Shown: positions 25,125-38,255, counted from the first letter of the stretch. The stretch: DNA of 64,000 bases from Octopus sinensis (GCF_006345805.1 NC_043010.1:44950001-45014000), one strand, 5' to 3'. Numbers and translations are program-made. The notes: generated by a model not told the origin, from the letters alone.

Positions 25125-25786
25125 AATGCTACATTCGGATGAAGACTGTTAGAAAGGGCTGTCAGAAAGTTATACAAGGTAAACTCTTTTTTGTATTCTC
25201 GAAATAAAATTACTTGCAAATTACCAATCAAAGCACTGGAAAAAGAAAATGCCTGGCCTATACAGTTTAAAACTGAACTACACAAGAACACTGTGGACAT
25301 CAAAAAGAAGCCATTGTTCCTTTCAACATCAGGAGTTTTGACTATAATGAAGCTTTAAAATGTTTATTTTTCTTTTTATTATTATAAATCTGCAAGATGC
25401 TATATACTGGCAAATAAAAGATAGAATGCAATGAAAGGCTTTTAATTACAGATACACTAAAATTACTGCCATTAAAATAACCTAATAATTAATCAATCAA
25501 TGATTTTCTACTAATAATTCTTAAGCGTCTTTCTGTCATTTGAATAGGATGAAAGAAAATCTGGAAGAAAACATCAAATTTAATTGTATTTCTGGTTTAT
25601 CACCATCGGAGGTAATTTAGATCAATTAAGAACTTCACGTGAATTAAGGTGCTATCCTGAAATGAAATACTCTGAAATAGTCACTCAACTTTACAATAAG
25701 AAATGCTAATTACAAGCTTATATAGGTTTCAACAAATTTCAGTTGTAATAAAAATTCCACCCCAAATAGTAACAGCGGCACTTATA

Positions 25787-26306
25787 ATTACATGGAAAAA
25801 TGCGAGCATGAAAAGTAATATTCTTAAGATTATAAACCTGGAAAAGTACAGGACAAGTTATTACACCAGTAAAAGAATAGGACAAACTATTACTTCATGT
25901 AAAGTAAAGAATAAGAAACTTTTTACCTCAAATATTGCAGTAAAGAATGCCATTTCTTCTAATTTATCACTCTTTAGAGTTCTCATCTTTTAAATTTATT
26001 GTACAAAACTGTTCAGCTAATTTGTAAGTTGGTCTAATTAGTCACATTTTCAGTATTTAAGGTAGTAAATTAGCCAAATTCTTCTCAAATAAGTATAGTG
26101 TTATTTGTAAACTATAATAAAATATTTTTTGATATTCAAATTTTAATTTTAGCCGAAATATTGTAAGTAAAAAGTTTCTTATTCTTTACTTTACTTGACG
26201 TAATAGTTTGTCCTATATTTTTACAGGTGTAATAACTTGTCCTGTATTTTTCCAGGCTTATAATATTAAGAATATTACTTTTCATGCTCGCATTTTTCCA
26301 TGTAAT
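25787..26306. mobile_element. Foldback/MITE with ~150-bp inverted arms
   Basis: 25787-25936 is the approximate reverse complement of 26157-26306 (ATTACATGGAAAAATGCGAGCATGAAAAG / CTTTTCATGCTCGCATTTTTCCATGTAAT). Confidence 0.8.
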
Positions 26307-26721
26307 CCATGATTTTTCCAGGCATTGCTGTTATAAGATAATTAATAATGTGTCAATTAATAATTTAGGATTTTACCTTATAAAATACTGGGCAGGGAGA
26401 TACATTGGCTGCTATTTTTAGCGTGTCGAGCGACCAGGAAGAGGCACTTTCATTGGTTTTGTTGCATGATGATATTTTTTTACACATATATGTGTGATAT
26501 GCATATATATCATCGGCAGAAGTTAGAGAGTAAGTCAAAACCTGAGAGTTTCATGTATTGGCACTTATCAAACACGAATTTGTCCACTGTCACTCTGTAA
26601 CTCGTGACGAAATAACTTCTAAAACACAAAATTTTGTCAAAAACGTTAAGAGCAAACCTTGTTGTATGTAGCACATTTTACCAGTATCGGAAGTTTCAAA
26701 GTGCTTAGTTAAAAAAAATTA

Positions 26722-27243
26722 TCTTAAATCCTCGAGTATAATTCGCATTTTTCCCCAAAAATTTAAAGGTCAAAATCCTTAGTGCGTACTATATACGATG
26801 TTAAAAATGAAAAATATTTCCTAAGCAATGTCCGAGTCTTTATTTGCTATCCGGCAATGTTCATTCAGACGCATTTTGTGATGTCGGGCGCGAAAATACC
26901 TTAAGCTAAGCCTGAAAGCAATGAAGTCATAAAAGAATCATCCATAACTTGCAGTAAGCAACATTTATTAAAATAAAAGTATTCAGAACACAGAATAACA
27001 TGTAACAAAAACAATTTGCAAATATTTACATTCCCATATAACAGTTAAGAACATCACCATTATTGTATTACGCATGCGCAGAAGTGTTTGTTCGACTATT
27101 TGCTGCTGGCTTAATTACGCACGACTGAAGATAGAGAAGGGGTGCGTATTATACACAAGATTTAGGTTTTTCAGAGGTACAGCCCCCTAAAAATCCCTTG
27201 CGCATTATACTCAAGGGCGGACTATACTCGAGGATTTACGGTA
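26722..27243. mobile_element. Tc1/pogo-like MITE
   Basis: TAAATCCTCGAGTATA (26725-26740) and TATACTCGAGGATTTA (27223-27238) are inverted; the right end CGG|TA fits TA-targeting elements. Confidence 0.65.
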
Positions 27244-27269
27244 ATTAAATAATCTGTACGTCAAATTGA

Positions 27270-27395
27270 ATAGATCCGAAATGGATTAAAAGAAATGTCG
27301 ACATCGGCGGAATATGAACTCAAAACATAAACACAGGCAAAATACTGGTAAGCATTTCGCCCGGCACGCTAACGTTCCTGCCAGCTCACCGCCTT
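27270..27395 (-). mobile_element. SINE family 2 partial
   Basis: Reverse complement of the SINE head. Confidence 0.75.
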
Positions 27396-27889
27396 ACCAC
27401 GTAAGCTTTAATTTTAGCAATATATTCTTTAATATTCTTATTGATAAGCATTATTCCTTTACACTCTTACACGAAATTTCGTAGTATTTCACCCCATAGA
27501 TTTTCTTCTACTAATTTTTGTTCAATTCGGCTAGCGACTCGGAATTCTTCATCCATTTTTCTAAGAAAAGTATACTTTTTTTTTAAAATTTAAAAAGTTT
27601 ATGTTAATTTAAGGTGAATAGGTGCCTTACTGACCCCTTGAAGTTGCAGATATTTTGATGTATCTTTTTTTCAACTGAAACAAATCTCAAACTATTTATG
27701 CCAAAAGTGTAGCTGAGGAAGTGTCCTCATTAAAACTGTTAACAGTTTTCAATTTAGTTGAGAACTGAATTAGTGGTGAAGCTTGGAGGCTGCTGCGATT
27801 GACGAAATGGTGGACTTAAGAATATTTTCAACACTACCGTGGTTGAATCATGATGTGAATATAGTGAAATCTTGTGAAATTCCGTGTGC

Positions 27890-28025
27890 TGGCAGAATCG
27901 TTAGCACGCCGCGCAAAATGCTTTACAACGTTTCGTCCTTCCTTACGTTCTGAGTTCGAATTCCGCCGAGGTCGACTTCGCCTTTCGGGGTCGATAAGAA
28001 AGTACTAGTTGAGTATTTGGATCGA
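27890..28025 (+). mobile_element. SINE family 2 partial
   Basis: GCTGGCAGAATCGTTAGCACGCC...GTTCTGAGTTCGAATTCCGCCGAGGTCGAC. Confidence 0.85.
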
Positions 28026-28051
28026 TACTGTTAAGAGCAAATATTATTAAA

Positions 28052-28269
28052 TTGTGTCTGGGGAGAGTCATTCTCTTTTTGTGCTTTATAATTTAATACA
28101 CTCACTGGTAAAATTTCCACTTATTTCTTTTTTATTTTTCTGAAATTTTCGTTGCGTCTTGCCACCTTTTTAATAGTTTTGAAAAATAGAAAAGAAATAA
28201 GTGGAAATTTTACCTGTGAGTGTGTTAAATTATAAGCCACTAAAAGAGAATGACTCTCCCCAGACACAA
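28052..28269. repeat. Near-perfect palindrome (~88-bp arms, short spacer), probable MITE
   Basis: TTGTGTCTGGGGAGAGTCATTCTCTTTT...CCACTTATTTC versus GAAATAAGTGG...AAAAGAGAATGACTCTCCCCAGACACAA. Confidence 0.85.
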
Positions 28270-29256
28270 CAGAATATGCTTCAACACACGAACTCACATA
28301 TAAAGAATCTTGAAAAGCAAATTCAAAAATGAAATATTAAGTTTAAAGTTATACGCGAAGAATGGAATTAGTTCAGTTAGACGTGTTCCATTTCATTTAC
28401 AAGATAAATTTTAAAATGAGGTGCAAATATTTAAAATGATGGGTATTATTACATCATTAGATTACGCAGGAATCAGACGTACCTTACCTTTTATCAAATT
28501 AAGAAAAAAAGATATGACTTCTACGTATTTGAACTGATTCCAAGGCACAAGTAATGGTACATATTGACAATATTCTTTTACTAAACCACCAATTGATACA
28601 ATTTTCTGTGGCATGATAGGTGCAACATCTTTGTACATTTTTCTTAACGCTTGAATTCAAGCGTGATGGCAAATGCTTGTAGCTTAAGAGATATACTAAT
28701 TGTTTACAATTAACGTAAAAACACCAAATGAGTCTTGAGAATTTAGCTGGCGTTTTACAGAATTATATGGAACTTATACAGAAGGAGGTTGTGTGTACCA
28801 GAGTATGTCAAAATGAATACTAGTATGTCAAATACTATACAACCAAAACTTTTGATTTATTTAAATTATCTCCGTCTGTAGATGCTGTATCATAATTACA
28901 AGACGGTAACTATGACCATTTCTACATGAGAAGGGAAGATAATCCAAATATTCAAGTATTCTCCAAAATGGACATGCCATTTAGGGAAAGGACAGGTTTA
29001 ATGCCTTGAGATCAGAGGACTGTGGAGAACTCTGACTCAATAACCTTTATCAGCACAGCTGCCTAGTCATATTTCCAGCACCCAAAGGATTTAAACTTAT
29101 ACGAAACAGAGTAGAAAACAGTTATGGTTTAGGTAATATGCATAATTTAAACAAAAATAAGTTAAGAGAAACAACTCAAAGCGCCTAGTGACATGTATTC
29201 GAATAACAGACAAATATCTATCTTAAATGTCATACAACAAAAATTCTTGACTTATT

Positions 29257-29525
29257 AAAATTATCTCCGCCTCTAGATAAGGATGTATAATACTTATTAA
29301 GGTGGCAATTATCATCAGTTCTACATGAGAACGGCAGACAGTATCCTCAACTCTCTTCTTATCTCCAAACAATAGACCTGTCCTTTTCCTTAATGGCATG
29401 TCAGTTTGCGAAAAATCTTGAATCTTGAGATTATCGCCCCTTTTTAATTGGGGCTGGTCACTGTTACTACTTTGTAATTACTATTTTGTAATTCTGACAC
29501 ATCCTCTAGAGGCGGAGATAATTTT
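29257..29525. mobile_element. Small MITE with AAAATTATCTCCGCCTCTAGA termini
   Basis: The left end AAAATTATCTCCGCCTCTAGA is the reverse complement of the right end TCTAGAGGCGGAGATAATTTT. A diverged direct copy of the left part starts at ~28862. Confidence 0.7.
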
Positions 29526-30449
29526 CATAGATAAAGAATTTTTCTTTTTTGGTAATTAACCAGTATTTGTCTGTTATTAACTGCTAATTAACCAATATTT
29601 TTGGAAATTAACATGTATTTAACATTTATTGAAATACATGCCACTGGCCACTTCGAGTTGTTTCTGTTTGTTCATTTTTTAATATGAAGATGATATCTTT
29701 ATGTATACTATCCCTGAAGGAAAGTCAATTAACAGAGAAATTACTCTAGTTTCTAGATTAACTAAGGTGCAAATTCCTAAAGAAAAGTCATTCTCCAGAA
29801 GAACAAAACTAGTTTTTCAAAGGTTGAATATATTTAAAAAAAGAATTTCTCAGTCTCAACAGTAGTAGTGAAATTAAAACATAAAGGCGTTGACATCAAA
29901 AGAGGACATTGGAAAGATATTTGACTGAACAAACTACTATAGAAAATGTATATCCGGCATATGCTGAGAAAATTGAACCAGTTGTTTCAGCTATATCAAA
30001 AGAGTTCAAGTGAGATAAAAAGGAACAAAAGATATTTAAAATATTTATCATTCATCGTTCTGACGCCCATGTTCTGCTGTTACATGAAAAAAAGAAAAAA
30101 AAAAGAAAGAAAACAACGTGTCTGTTGTTGTGGATGTACCGAATTACGCAGTGTATGCGTGTTATCCTAGGTTGGACAGCGAGCAGACTTCATGAATAAT
30201 ATTTTTACTCATTCACTACGGAATTAGTCAAACATTATTAGAAGTTAAAAATCCCTTCTCTTTAGCAAGTATTCACCCCAAATTTGAAACTGTATTCATT
30301 TTTGGGATAGTGTTTAAATCATCTTTTTTTTTTTAAACATGCGGGTCAAGGTGTAGTACCCATGACCTTTGGATGCGCTCCGATACCAGTAAAACTGATG
30401 TCGTTAATGTTCTGTTTGAGCTCTTATAAGTCAACACTTGGAAGAGAGG

Positions 30450-31110
30450 CGTGCTCGAACAAGAGATTCGAGAGGGAAAATGTTCTAAAGAGCGAGACCT
30501 AGTAGGTTAGGCACAGCAAGGGTGACAAGAGAGTGCATGAGAGGGGAAGCACATGACCAGCCAGCTCCGAGGAACAATAGCCACTATAGCTGAAGTAGAA
30601 AAAGTACTAAGAAAGGAGACTGCATATCTGTGGTCCAGAGGCTGGAGAGTGTCTATAATGATTTAATGCCAGTCAGTCGAATAGCCCTTCTCTGTATGAT
30701 GTCTATGTGCGAAACAACAGCACCGTTTCAGATCTAAGAGAAATACTCCACTTGAACTTCGTGACCGTGGGGACTCCAACTGAGTACAGCTGATGTTTAG
30801 AATGTACGTGTTTGAATCTCGTGTTAAAAGAAGTGGGATTCTCTCGAGATAGTCGTTCGTGAAGGTTTGATATATGGTTTCTAGCGTGAGGATGATATGT
30901 ATTTGGGAAAGGTTATGGAACACCGAAGGAGCATATCATCTGCATAAAAATGGGAGTTGTTGATGTGACGGAATGTAGATCATTGACGTATAGAAGGAAG
31001 AGAGTGGGGAACAAAATCGAATGTTAGGATATAGCAAATTTGATAGTGGAAAGAAGAGTTCCGTCAGCACATATTGCAATGGTAATGATAGGAAGTAACC
31101 AATTCATGAA
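30450..31110 (-). mobile_element. CR1/L2-like LINE RT 3' fragment, decayed
   Basis: Minus strand reads PTLFLLYVNDL...FYADDM (YADD-type motif), followed by degraded thumb-region motifs. Confidence 0.65.
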
Positions 31111-32372
31111 TGACCGGAATCCATTGACAGAAAGTTTCGATTGAAGATTCACATATCAGATATAATCGAAAGCTTTGCTGATATCAAAGGCGATGGCAGT
31201 TTTCATTCATTTCTATTCATTATAAAGTCGCAAACAGCAAACAATTACGAACTCACGATTATGTTTTGTAGCCTGGTTTTAGGGTATTCCATTGAAAAGT
31301 TTATTAAATCTTATGATAGTAACCAGAGATTCAGACCACCTCTAATGGAATATTTTAATACACAGTTAGTAAACTATGGAAACATGTTCATGGAGATCGG
31401 GAATATTTCCCTAATACTGGCAATGTTTTAGTCGTCCTGTATTCATATTTAACATGGATCGACACATTTGTATATCCACGTCGAGTTATTAAAAAACAAG
31501 TTGTTTAAGGTCTTTTCTCGTTTTAGAGTACCATCCACTTTAGTATCAAACAGAAAACCTGAATTTGTTGCACCAAAAGAATGTTATCAACAGACTGATA
31601 GAGATACCCACTTATAGACTCGTATCTAATAGATTGCACTTAAAAGGCTATATAAACTATAAAAACACTTTACCATTTTGATTCTAAGCAAGGCATTTTC
31701 TCAACTGCATAAATAAATCGTATTTAATCATTGAGGTGCCTCGGGTGACTATAAGTTATCAGTTACAAAATTAATGAATAAACAATTAATTCTTTGAAGA
31801 AGGCAAAAATGTATAAGGCAGCGTTGGATGAAGTTACGCATAAAGCAAGATAAGGAGTACATGTCAGAAAAATACCGTATGAGTTAACAACGTTAACCAT
31901 TCTTTCGGAATTGATGGCAGTTGAGAATCTACTACTTTTAGAAAACCTAGTGCAAGGGTTAATACTGATTTTGCAAATACGCATAATGGTGATGATTTTG
32001 GTCTTTGACAAGTAGTTATTTCAAATCTGCAAAGCAAAATGACAGAATTACAGGATAACGTGAAATCCTTGATTTTAGTCCTTGAGAATCATCTGTATGA
32101 AGTCCACGGAGCGATGTGCTAAATTTGCAAGGAGCGTAAAAAGCCTAAACGTTTTGAGGATGAAAACACGGTAGTTTTGTTAAGTAACAATTTTCCTGTT
32201 TTTTTTTTTTTTAAATATTAATTAATTACCTTTTTAGTATTGTCACACATGCAAGATTCATTGCCTGCGGAGCAAACGTCTTGGCGCAATCGACGATTAC
32301 AAAACACAGAACTGTCAGAATATTACACAGGGTGAACTCTCCGTCTTTTAGCTGCCAAAACAAAACTTCTTA

Positions 32373-33289
32373 TATGAAGTGGTATCAAAAAATTCCTGGA
32401 CTAGATATGTTTAATAAAAAAACAATTTAGCTACCTAAGTTTTAACATCATTTCCTTCGAAATAGTCACCTTGCGCAGCAATACACCCGCCTCAGCGTTC
32501 CTGCTACTTTGGGGATCCGGCCTAGAAGTCGTTTTCCGTAAGCGAGTCGAGTATCTTCTGCGATTCGCTCTGGATTTCGGTAATGGTGTTAAAACGGTGA
32601 TCTTTGAGCTACATTTTTATCTTGGGGGAGAGATGGAAGTCCACAGGTGCAAAATATGGCGAATAGGGCAGGTACAGAAGCGATACCATGTTGTTTTTGG
32701 CGAGAAACTCGTGAGTGAGGGGTGCTCGGGGACAGGGTGCATTGTCGTCGTAAAGAATCCAGTTCTTCGCGCTCCGGTCTCTTTCACCGAATGTCCTCCC
32801 TCAAACGCTTCAAAACGTCGCAGTAGAAGTCTCGATTGACGGTCTGGTCCTGGGGGACGAATTCTAGATGTACAATACCTCATTTCCGGAGGTGATGCTC
32901 GTGGAGGGTCTTCCAGATTGTTCATCGTCTTTCAGGGACGTTCTTCCACATTTGAAACACCCGTGCCACTTGAAATTTTGTGTACGACCCATTGCTGCAT
33001 CGCTGTAAGCTTGCTGAAGCATGCTCGATGTCTCTGTAGCAGATATACGCAAGTTTAACGCAACATTTCCCGTTGGCTCTTTGTTCCTGCCCACAACGAA
33101 ATAGCAGACTACAGCATGCACGTGATTACAAAACACAAATTTCACTACTTGCGAAGCAAACACAGCGATGTCATTCGGCACATTGCCTAATGAAGATCAC
33201 TGCTAGCCCTTACTGTGCACGCAACCTTGTGCTGCTATCTGTTGGTGTGTTACAGATCTAGCCCGGAAACCTTTTGACACCACCTCGTA
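32373..33289 (-). mobile_element. Internally deleted mariner with both TIRs; resembles the irritans subfamily
   Basis: TIRs TATGAAGTGGTATCAAAAAATTCCTGGACTAG and (reverse complement) TACGAGGTGGTGTCAAAAGGTTTCCGGGCTAG. ISATETSSMLQQAYSDAAMGRTQ...DDEQSGRPSTS jumps directly to WILYDDNAP...PYSPYFAPVDF. Confidence 0.85.
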
Positions 33290-33519
33290 AAACAGGAAAA
33301 CATATGCTAAATTATAAAAATCGACTACAAAGCAATTCATGGAGATACTTATTCTTGTTTCTGTTTCTACATCGAAAATATGCACAGTCAAAGATATCCG
33401 TTGTTGAGTATGTGCCCACCATCCCCCCCACATACGTTGTTTCAAAAGTGCGTAAACTAAAAACTCAGCGAAGGCGATGTCTGAGCTACCGTTAGAATAA
33501 TTGCTTTGGATCTGTGCTT

Positions 33520-34260
33520 TATACCGGCGAGGAAGTATTGATTATCATCTGGTTCAATCATTCCGATCCATATGCAGACACCAGCCCTAGTCTTCCGTAT
33601 GTGACTTCCAATGAGACATTAAATCTGTGATGCAATCTTTATTCGTAAATAGTAGCGTAGGAGCTTACAGTTCTGACCTGCTTACATTAAAAACTTGGTG
33701 TCATTCTATAATGCAAAAGCCAATGAGCATCTGCTAAGGCTGATTATGGAGCTTACCAACAGAACTATTAATGAGTCTCATCCACCAAGCTCGCAAAATC
33801 TTTCCGGTCAAATTGACTACGCTGGGGAAGAAGGTTGGTGTCATATACCCCTTAGTTCTTGGCAATATATCCAGGAGGCTCGTAGTGGAAGCAATCACTA
33901 AGTCAACCGGAAAAACAAATTATCTGTGTGCTACACAGTATTGATGTCGCAAGCATTTGTGAGGACGAAGTCCGCACAGCGAGATAATTAATTGAAGAAT
34001 CCACACAAGTCTATAGGAAAAGCCTCTCGACGTCTCATAATGAAAGCTGACCGGAGGAATATATTTAACTGCATACAAGACCACATGATGTAAGTCTGCT
34101 TTTCTGAGACTTGTGCGTCTACCTATTGGTCTATTTCTCTTATGGGTCTCCAGTCATTCTTCATTGGTGTGTAACAGAAGGAACCATCAAGTTTTCTTCT
34201 CTTTTCGCTTGGTGTTTAAGACAGTATCTTTTAATCTAGTATCTTTTAATTTGTAGTACT
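33520..34260 (-). mobile_element. Very degenerate LINE RT remnant (CR1-like?)
   Basis: Only weak motif traces (NDWRPI for NYRPI; HTDNL for YADDL). Confidence 0.3.
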
Positions 34261-36521
34261 CAGATGATGCGACATTAGGTGGGCATACCGAAATTAACCG
34301 TTACTCAAATTTGTTGAGAACCGAACTTGAGGTCAAAGTGTTCAAGTCTGATGCCACGTCTGCCAACTATATTACAGACAGTTTCGACGCTGCCATCAGA
34401 TACATGCGATTGATATTTCATCAAGTGCAGGTGACTTCGAAATAATAAATCCTCAATTTTGTTTCACTGGTCGTTTTCTCCGCAGTTCTATCGGTTGCTG
34501 AATTCAAACTACAGGACTCGAAATTAGGCTGCGTTTTACTGGTGCACATCCTTCTTCCTCTTAAAGAACTGCTTTGCCAAGTGCAAACTGCTGAATAATT
34601 TCCAGTACTCTGTATTACAAACAGACAACAGGATTCAAGAACAGAAGATTCTGTCCAACGTAGTGCATATGAGATATATAACGTCCTGTTTAGTGGTGCC
34701 GTATTACAACAAACCACCTACCCCGTTACATAGAGTGGTCGTGAATTTCGATGCTTTGTTATATTAGCATTACCAGAATACTTACCATCACTTGTCATTC
34801 CCTCCACGATGTTCTCCCACTCCTGCAGAGCCGACTACATTTAGATCACACAAAACTGTCTACGTGACCAACAAGAGACTCGACCTTAATCCTGTAAACA
34901 TTTTCTAAGTTCAGCAAAATGGGACGTATTTCTATGCTGTAAAGTCTCAAACAGCCTTGTTAATTCGCTTGACCAGCATCGACTAATGTGTTTCAACTCT
35001 GCTTTCCAGCCTCGTAGCAGTGTATAGCTCAACGCTTCACCACTATCATTTCCTCACCTACAAATACATGTTCGGGCTTTACCGATCTCTGATCACCAAT
35101 CCCCATCGACAATCAATCATCATTGCTTTATATGCATTGAGGACAGTATTTCACTTTACTCATGTCTAAAATCATCGTCCTCGGTTATTTCAGAGTTTAC
35201 CATTCTTCTTGGCACTTACACTAATCCTATATTGATACTGCTGGTACCGAAGCCAGATCGTTTACTATCTACAACGATAAATTTAATCCTATACATGTCT
35301 TGATCGGCACAAAAACGCTAAATACTCTTGGTGATTTTCTCGCTTCCATATCCAGCCCCTACCGTACTAAACCTTTCTTCACCTATCGCTTTGTTCAAAC
35401 ACTGCTTTATCGTGACTATGCACTACACTCACTGCAGAACATCTCCAGCTACCAGATTCTAGGACACTTGATGTAGATTTACAGGGAGGATTTCTGCTTT
35501 TTAAACGTTAAACATGCCTGGTAGTATATGTACTTCACTCCTGAACTTTCGGAGACAAGATGACCGAAATATTTCTTAGACATGTACCAATATATCCCAT
35601 GCACATACTTCACCGTAAGTCCGAGATGTGGTGTGCTTGTAGAGATGTGTTGCAGTACAGGAAGAGAACACGGTTTGGGTAAAAAAAATCAACATCCCCT
35701 ACAAACATGAAATTTACTCTGCCAGACCCGAAATCCGAAATATGTCTTCGTCCATTACGCAACCCACATGTTCTACTTCCTTTCAAATCTAGCCGTTCCT
35801 TTTGGTCATTTATTAAAAAGATTTCTACTGATTTTCAGTGTCAACCTATCCTACATCCTCGATCATGATGGCTCAGTACAAAGTTTTCTAGTAAAGAAAG
35901 CTCCATTTGCAGCACGCTTTGCATATACAGTCGGTAAAACTCTTTCAGAAGTCGTCCTGTCTATTCAATCATCTTCATAACTTCGTACACATACACATCA
36001 AGCATAAAATCATTTCTGACCATTTTAAACCAACATTGTCACTTCTAATAACCTAAGACAATGTACCCTAATGATAGTTACGACACTCGCAAACTCTTCA
36101 GTCTCTATATAGGGCGATATATCCTGATATTTAAAAATACGCTTCAGTGTGTATTGTTTCTAACTAGGATCTATCACATCCACTTCCAGCATCTTAAAGG
36201 TAACAAAGACAGTTATTATCAGTCACCTTCTTCAACACCGCGAATCCCTCCTCCTCTTTCTTCAATAACACTGGTCTACAACGATTTTGGTGTTTAGGAA
36301 ATAGACATTATTCCTATACAAAATCGGTCTCCTGAATCCTAATATAACCTTTTTGTCCTATCAGATCCAGTTTTTAAGTTATTGAACATCCCTATAGTCA
36401 CTATGTATGTGTGTACGTCCAGTACGCAATATTCATTACCTTATTCTAATTCTATGTGTTTTTTTTCTTTTTCCATACTTTTTAGATGTTGCGGTGAACT
36501 AAACAATAGAAAATGAACAAG

Positions 36522-38116
36522 ATGTCCTCTTCAAGAAAATGCTGAGTTAATTCTCCAAATGTGTTTTGTTATGTTTGTGGAGAATATACATTACTTGAAA
36601 ATCGGAAAAAAATCACTGATTTTGTTGAAAGAGTGTATATAGAATATTTTGGGGGTCGAGCTGGGAGACCAAAAATAAATATTGGGTATCGCATAATGTC
36701 TGCAAGCAATGTAAAGAACATGGACGAAAGGGACAAGGAAAAGTGTGAGATTTACTATACCAACAATATGGCGGGAGCCCTATAATCACGTAGACGACTG
36801 CTATTTTTGTAATCTAAATTTGAAGGGTATTAACCGGAAAAATCGGCAAGCACTTGTCTATCCTAATCTTGCCTTGTTATTAGACCGGTTCCACACGGCG
36901 AAGAGCTTCCTGTTCCTGTCTTCAATGTCTTGCCTCAGATAACTTTACCCTCAAACAAAGAAGATTCATCACCTGAAGAAGACACTAGAGATCAAGACTT
37001 TTCAGATGAGACTTTACCTCAGCTATTTTCCCAGGTAGAGTTGAACGATCTAGTTCGTGGCATGAACCTCCCGAAAAATTCTGCAGAATTGTTTGCTTCT
37101 CGACTGAAAGAGAAGAATCTTCTAGAGAATGGTGTATATAAAACATTTTATCGGAGTCGGCATGAAGAGTTCCTTTCTTTTTTCACAAAAGAGGAAGAGC
37201 TGGTTTACTGCAGAGATGTCAGTGGGCTTCTTAATAAACTTGGCATTGAGGAATACAAATCAGAGGAATGGTGTCTTTTCAAAGACAGCTCTAAGCGTAG
37301 TGTAAAATGTGTATTGTTGCACAACGGAAACGCATATGGCTCTGTCCCACTCGGTCACTCAACAACTCTGAAGGAAAAATATGAAGAAATTCAGTTGGTT
37401 TTAGAGAAGATACTGTACCATGACTATAAATGGGTCATCTGCGTTGACTTAAAGATGGTGAATTTTCTCATGGGACAGTAATATGGTTATACCAAATACC
37501 CATGCTTTCTTTGTATGTGGGACAGTAGAGACCAAGGAAACCACTATGTTAAGAAAGACTAGTCGCATCGAACAAATATGGCTCTATGTAGAGCTGCCAA
37601 TATATTGGAAGAATCGTTAGTTGAGCGAGAAAAGATCATTTTCTCCACTTTGCACATCAAACTCGAATTGATCAAGCAATTCATCAAAGCTCTTGACAAA
37701 ACTGGGGAGTGCTTCAAGTATATATGCAGTGTCTATCCAGACTTGTCGATTAAAAAAAGTAAAGTAGGGATTATTGATGGACCACAGATCCGTAAGCTCT
37801 CGAAGGACACAAATTTCGGGAAAGTAATGAGCGAAAATGAAACATCGGATGTAGTGCAAAATTTCCTTCAGAAACACAAAGTGAAAACTATAAAGTCCAT
37901 GTTACCAACTTGATATCAGCTTTTCGTGATACTGGCGCGAATATGAGCATCAAAATGCATTACCTTTTTAGTCATCTTCATTGTTTTCCTGAAAATCTCG
38001 GAGATGTTAGTGATGAACAAGGCGAACGATTCCATCAGGACATCAAGGAGATGGAAACTCGGTACCAAGGACGTTGGGACGCTGTGATGATGGAAGACTA
38101 TTGCTCCTGTTGCTAA
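36522..38116 (+). pseudogene. Chapaev3-type DDE transposase, disrupted
   Basis: FCYVCGEYT, IWREPYNHVDDCYFC, WVICVDLKMVNFLMGQ*YGYTKYPCFLCMWDSRD, LHIKLELIKQFIKAL and MSIKMHYLFSHLHCFPENLGDVSDEQGERFHQDIKEMETRYQGRW; several stops and frameshifts. Confidence 0.85.
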
Positions 38117-38255
38117 ACATTCACGGTGCACAAAGAAGCACAAATTTATTCCTTGAATTTTCTGCCAAAAATCTTAACCAATATGCATTTTAGATTTTGC
38201 ATTTTCATTTGTACTTCTTTTTCTTTTGTGTTACGCTCTCTTTATTGATTCATAC

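Noticed and set aside
24839-25178. Possible 100-bp host exon (AG...GT, one open frame LQEDLLSTEQ...KVIQ) disrupted by the SINE
   Set aside because: No recognisable homology, an open frame of this length is common by chance, and it does not join in frame to the next candidate (~25548-25611).
29700-30050. Protein-like stretch RTLERYLTEQTTIENVYPAYAEKIEPVVSAISKEFK
   Set aside because: Short, bounded by stops, and no family recognised.
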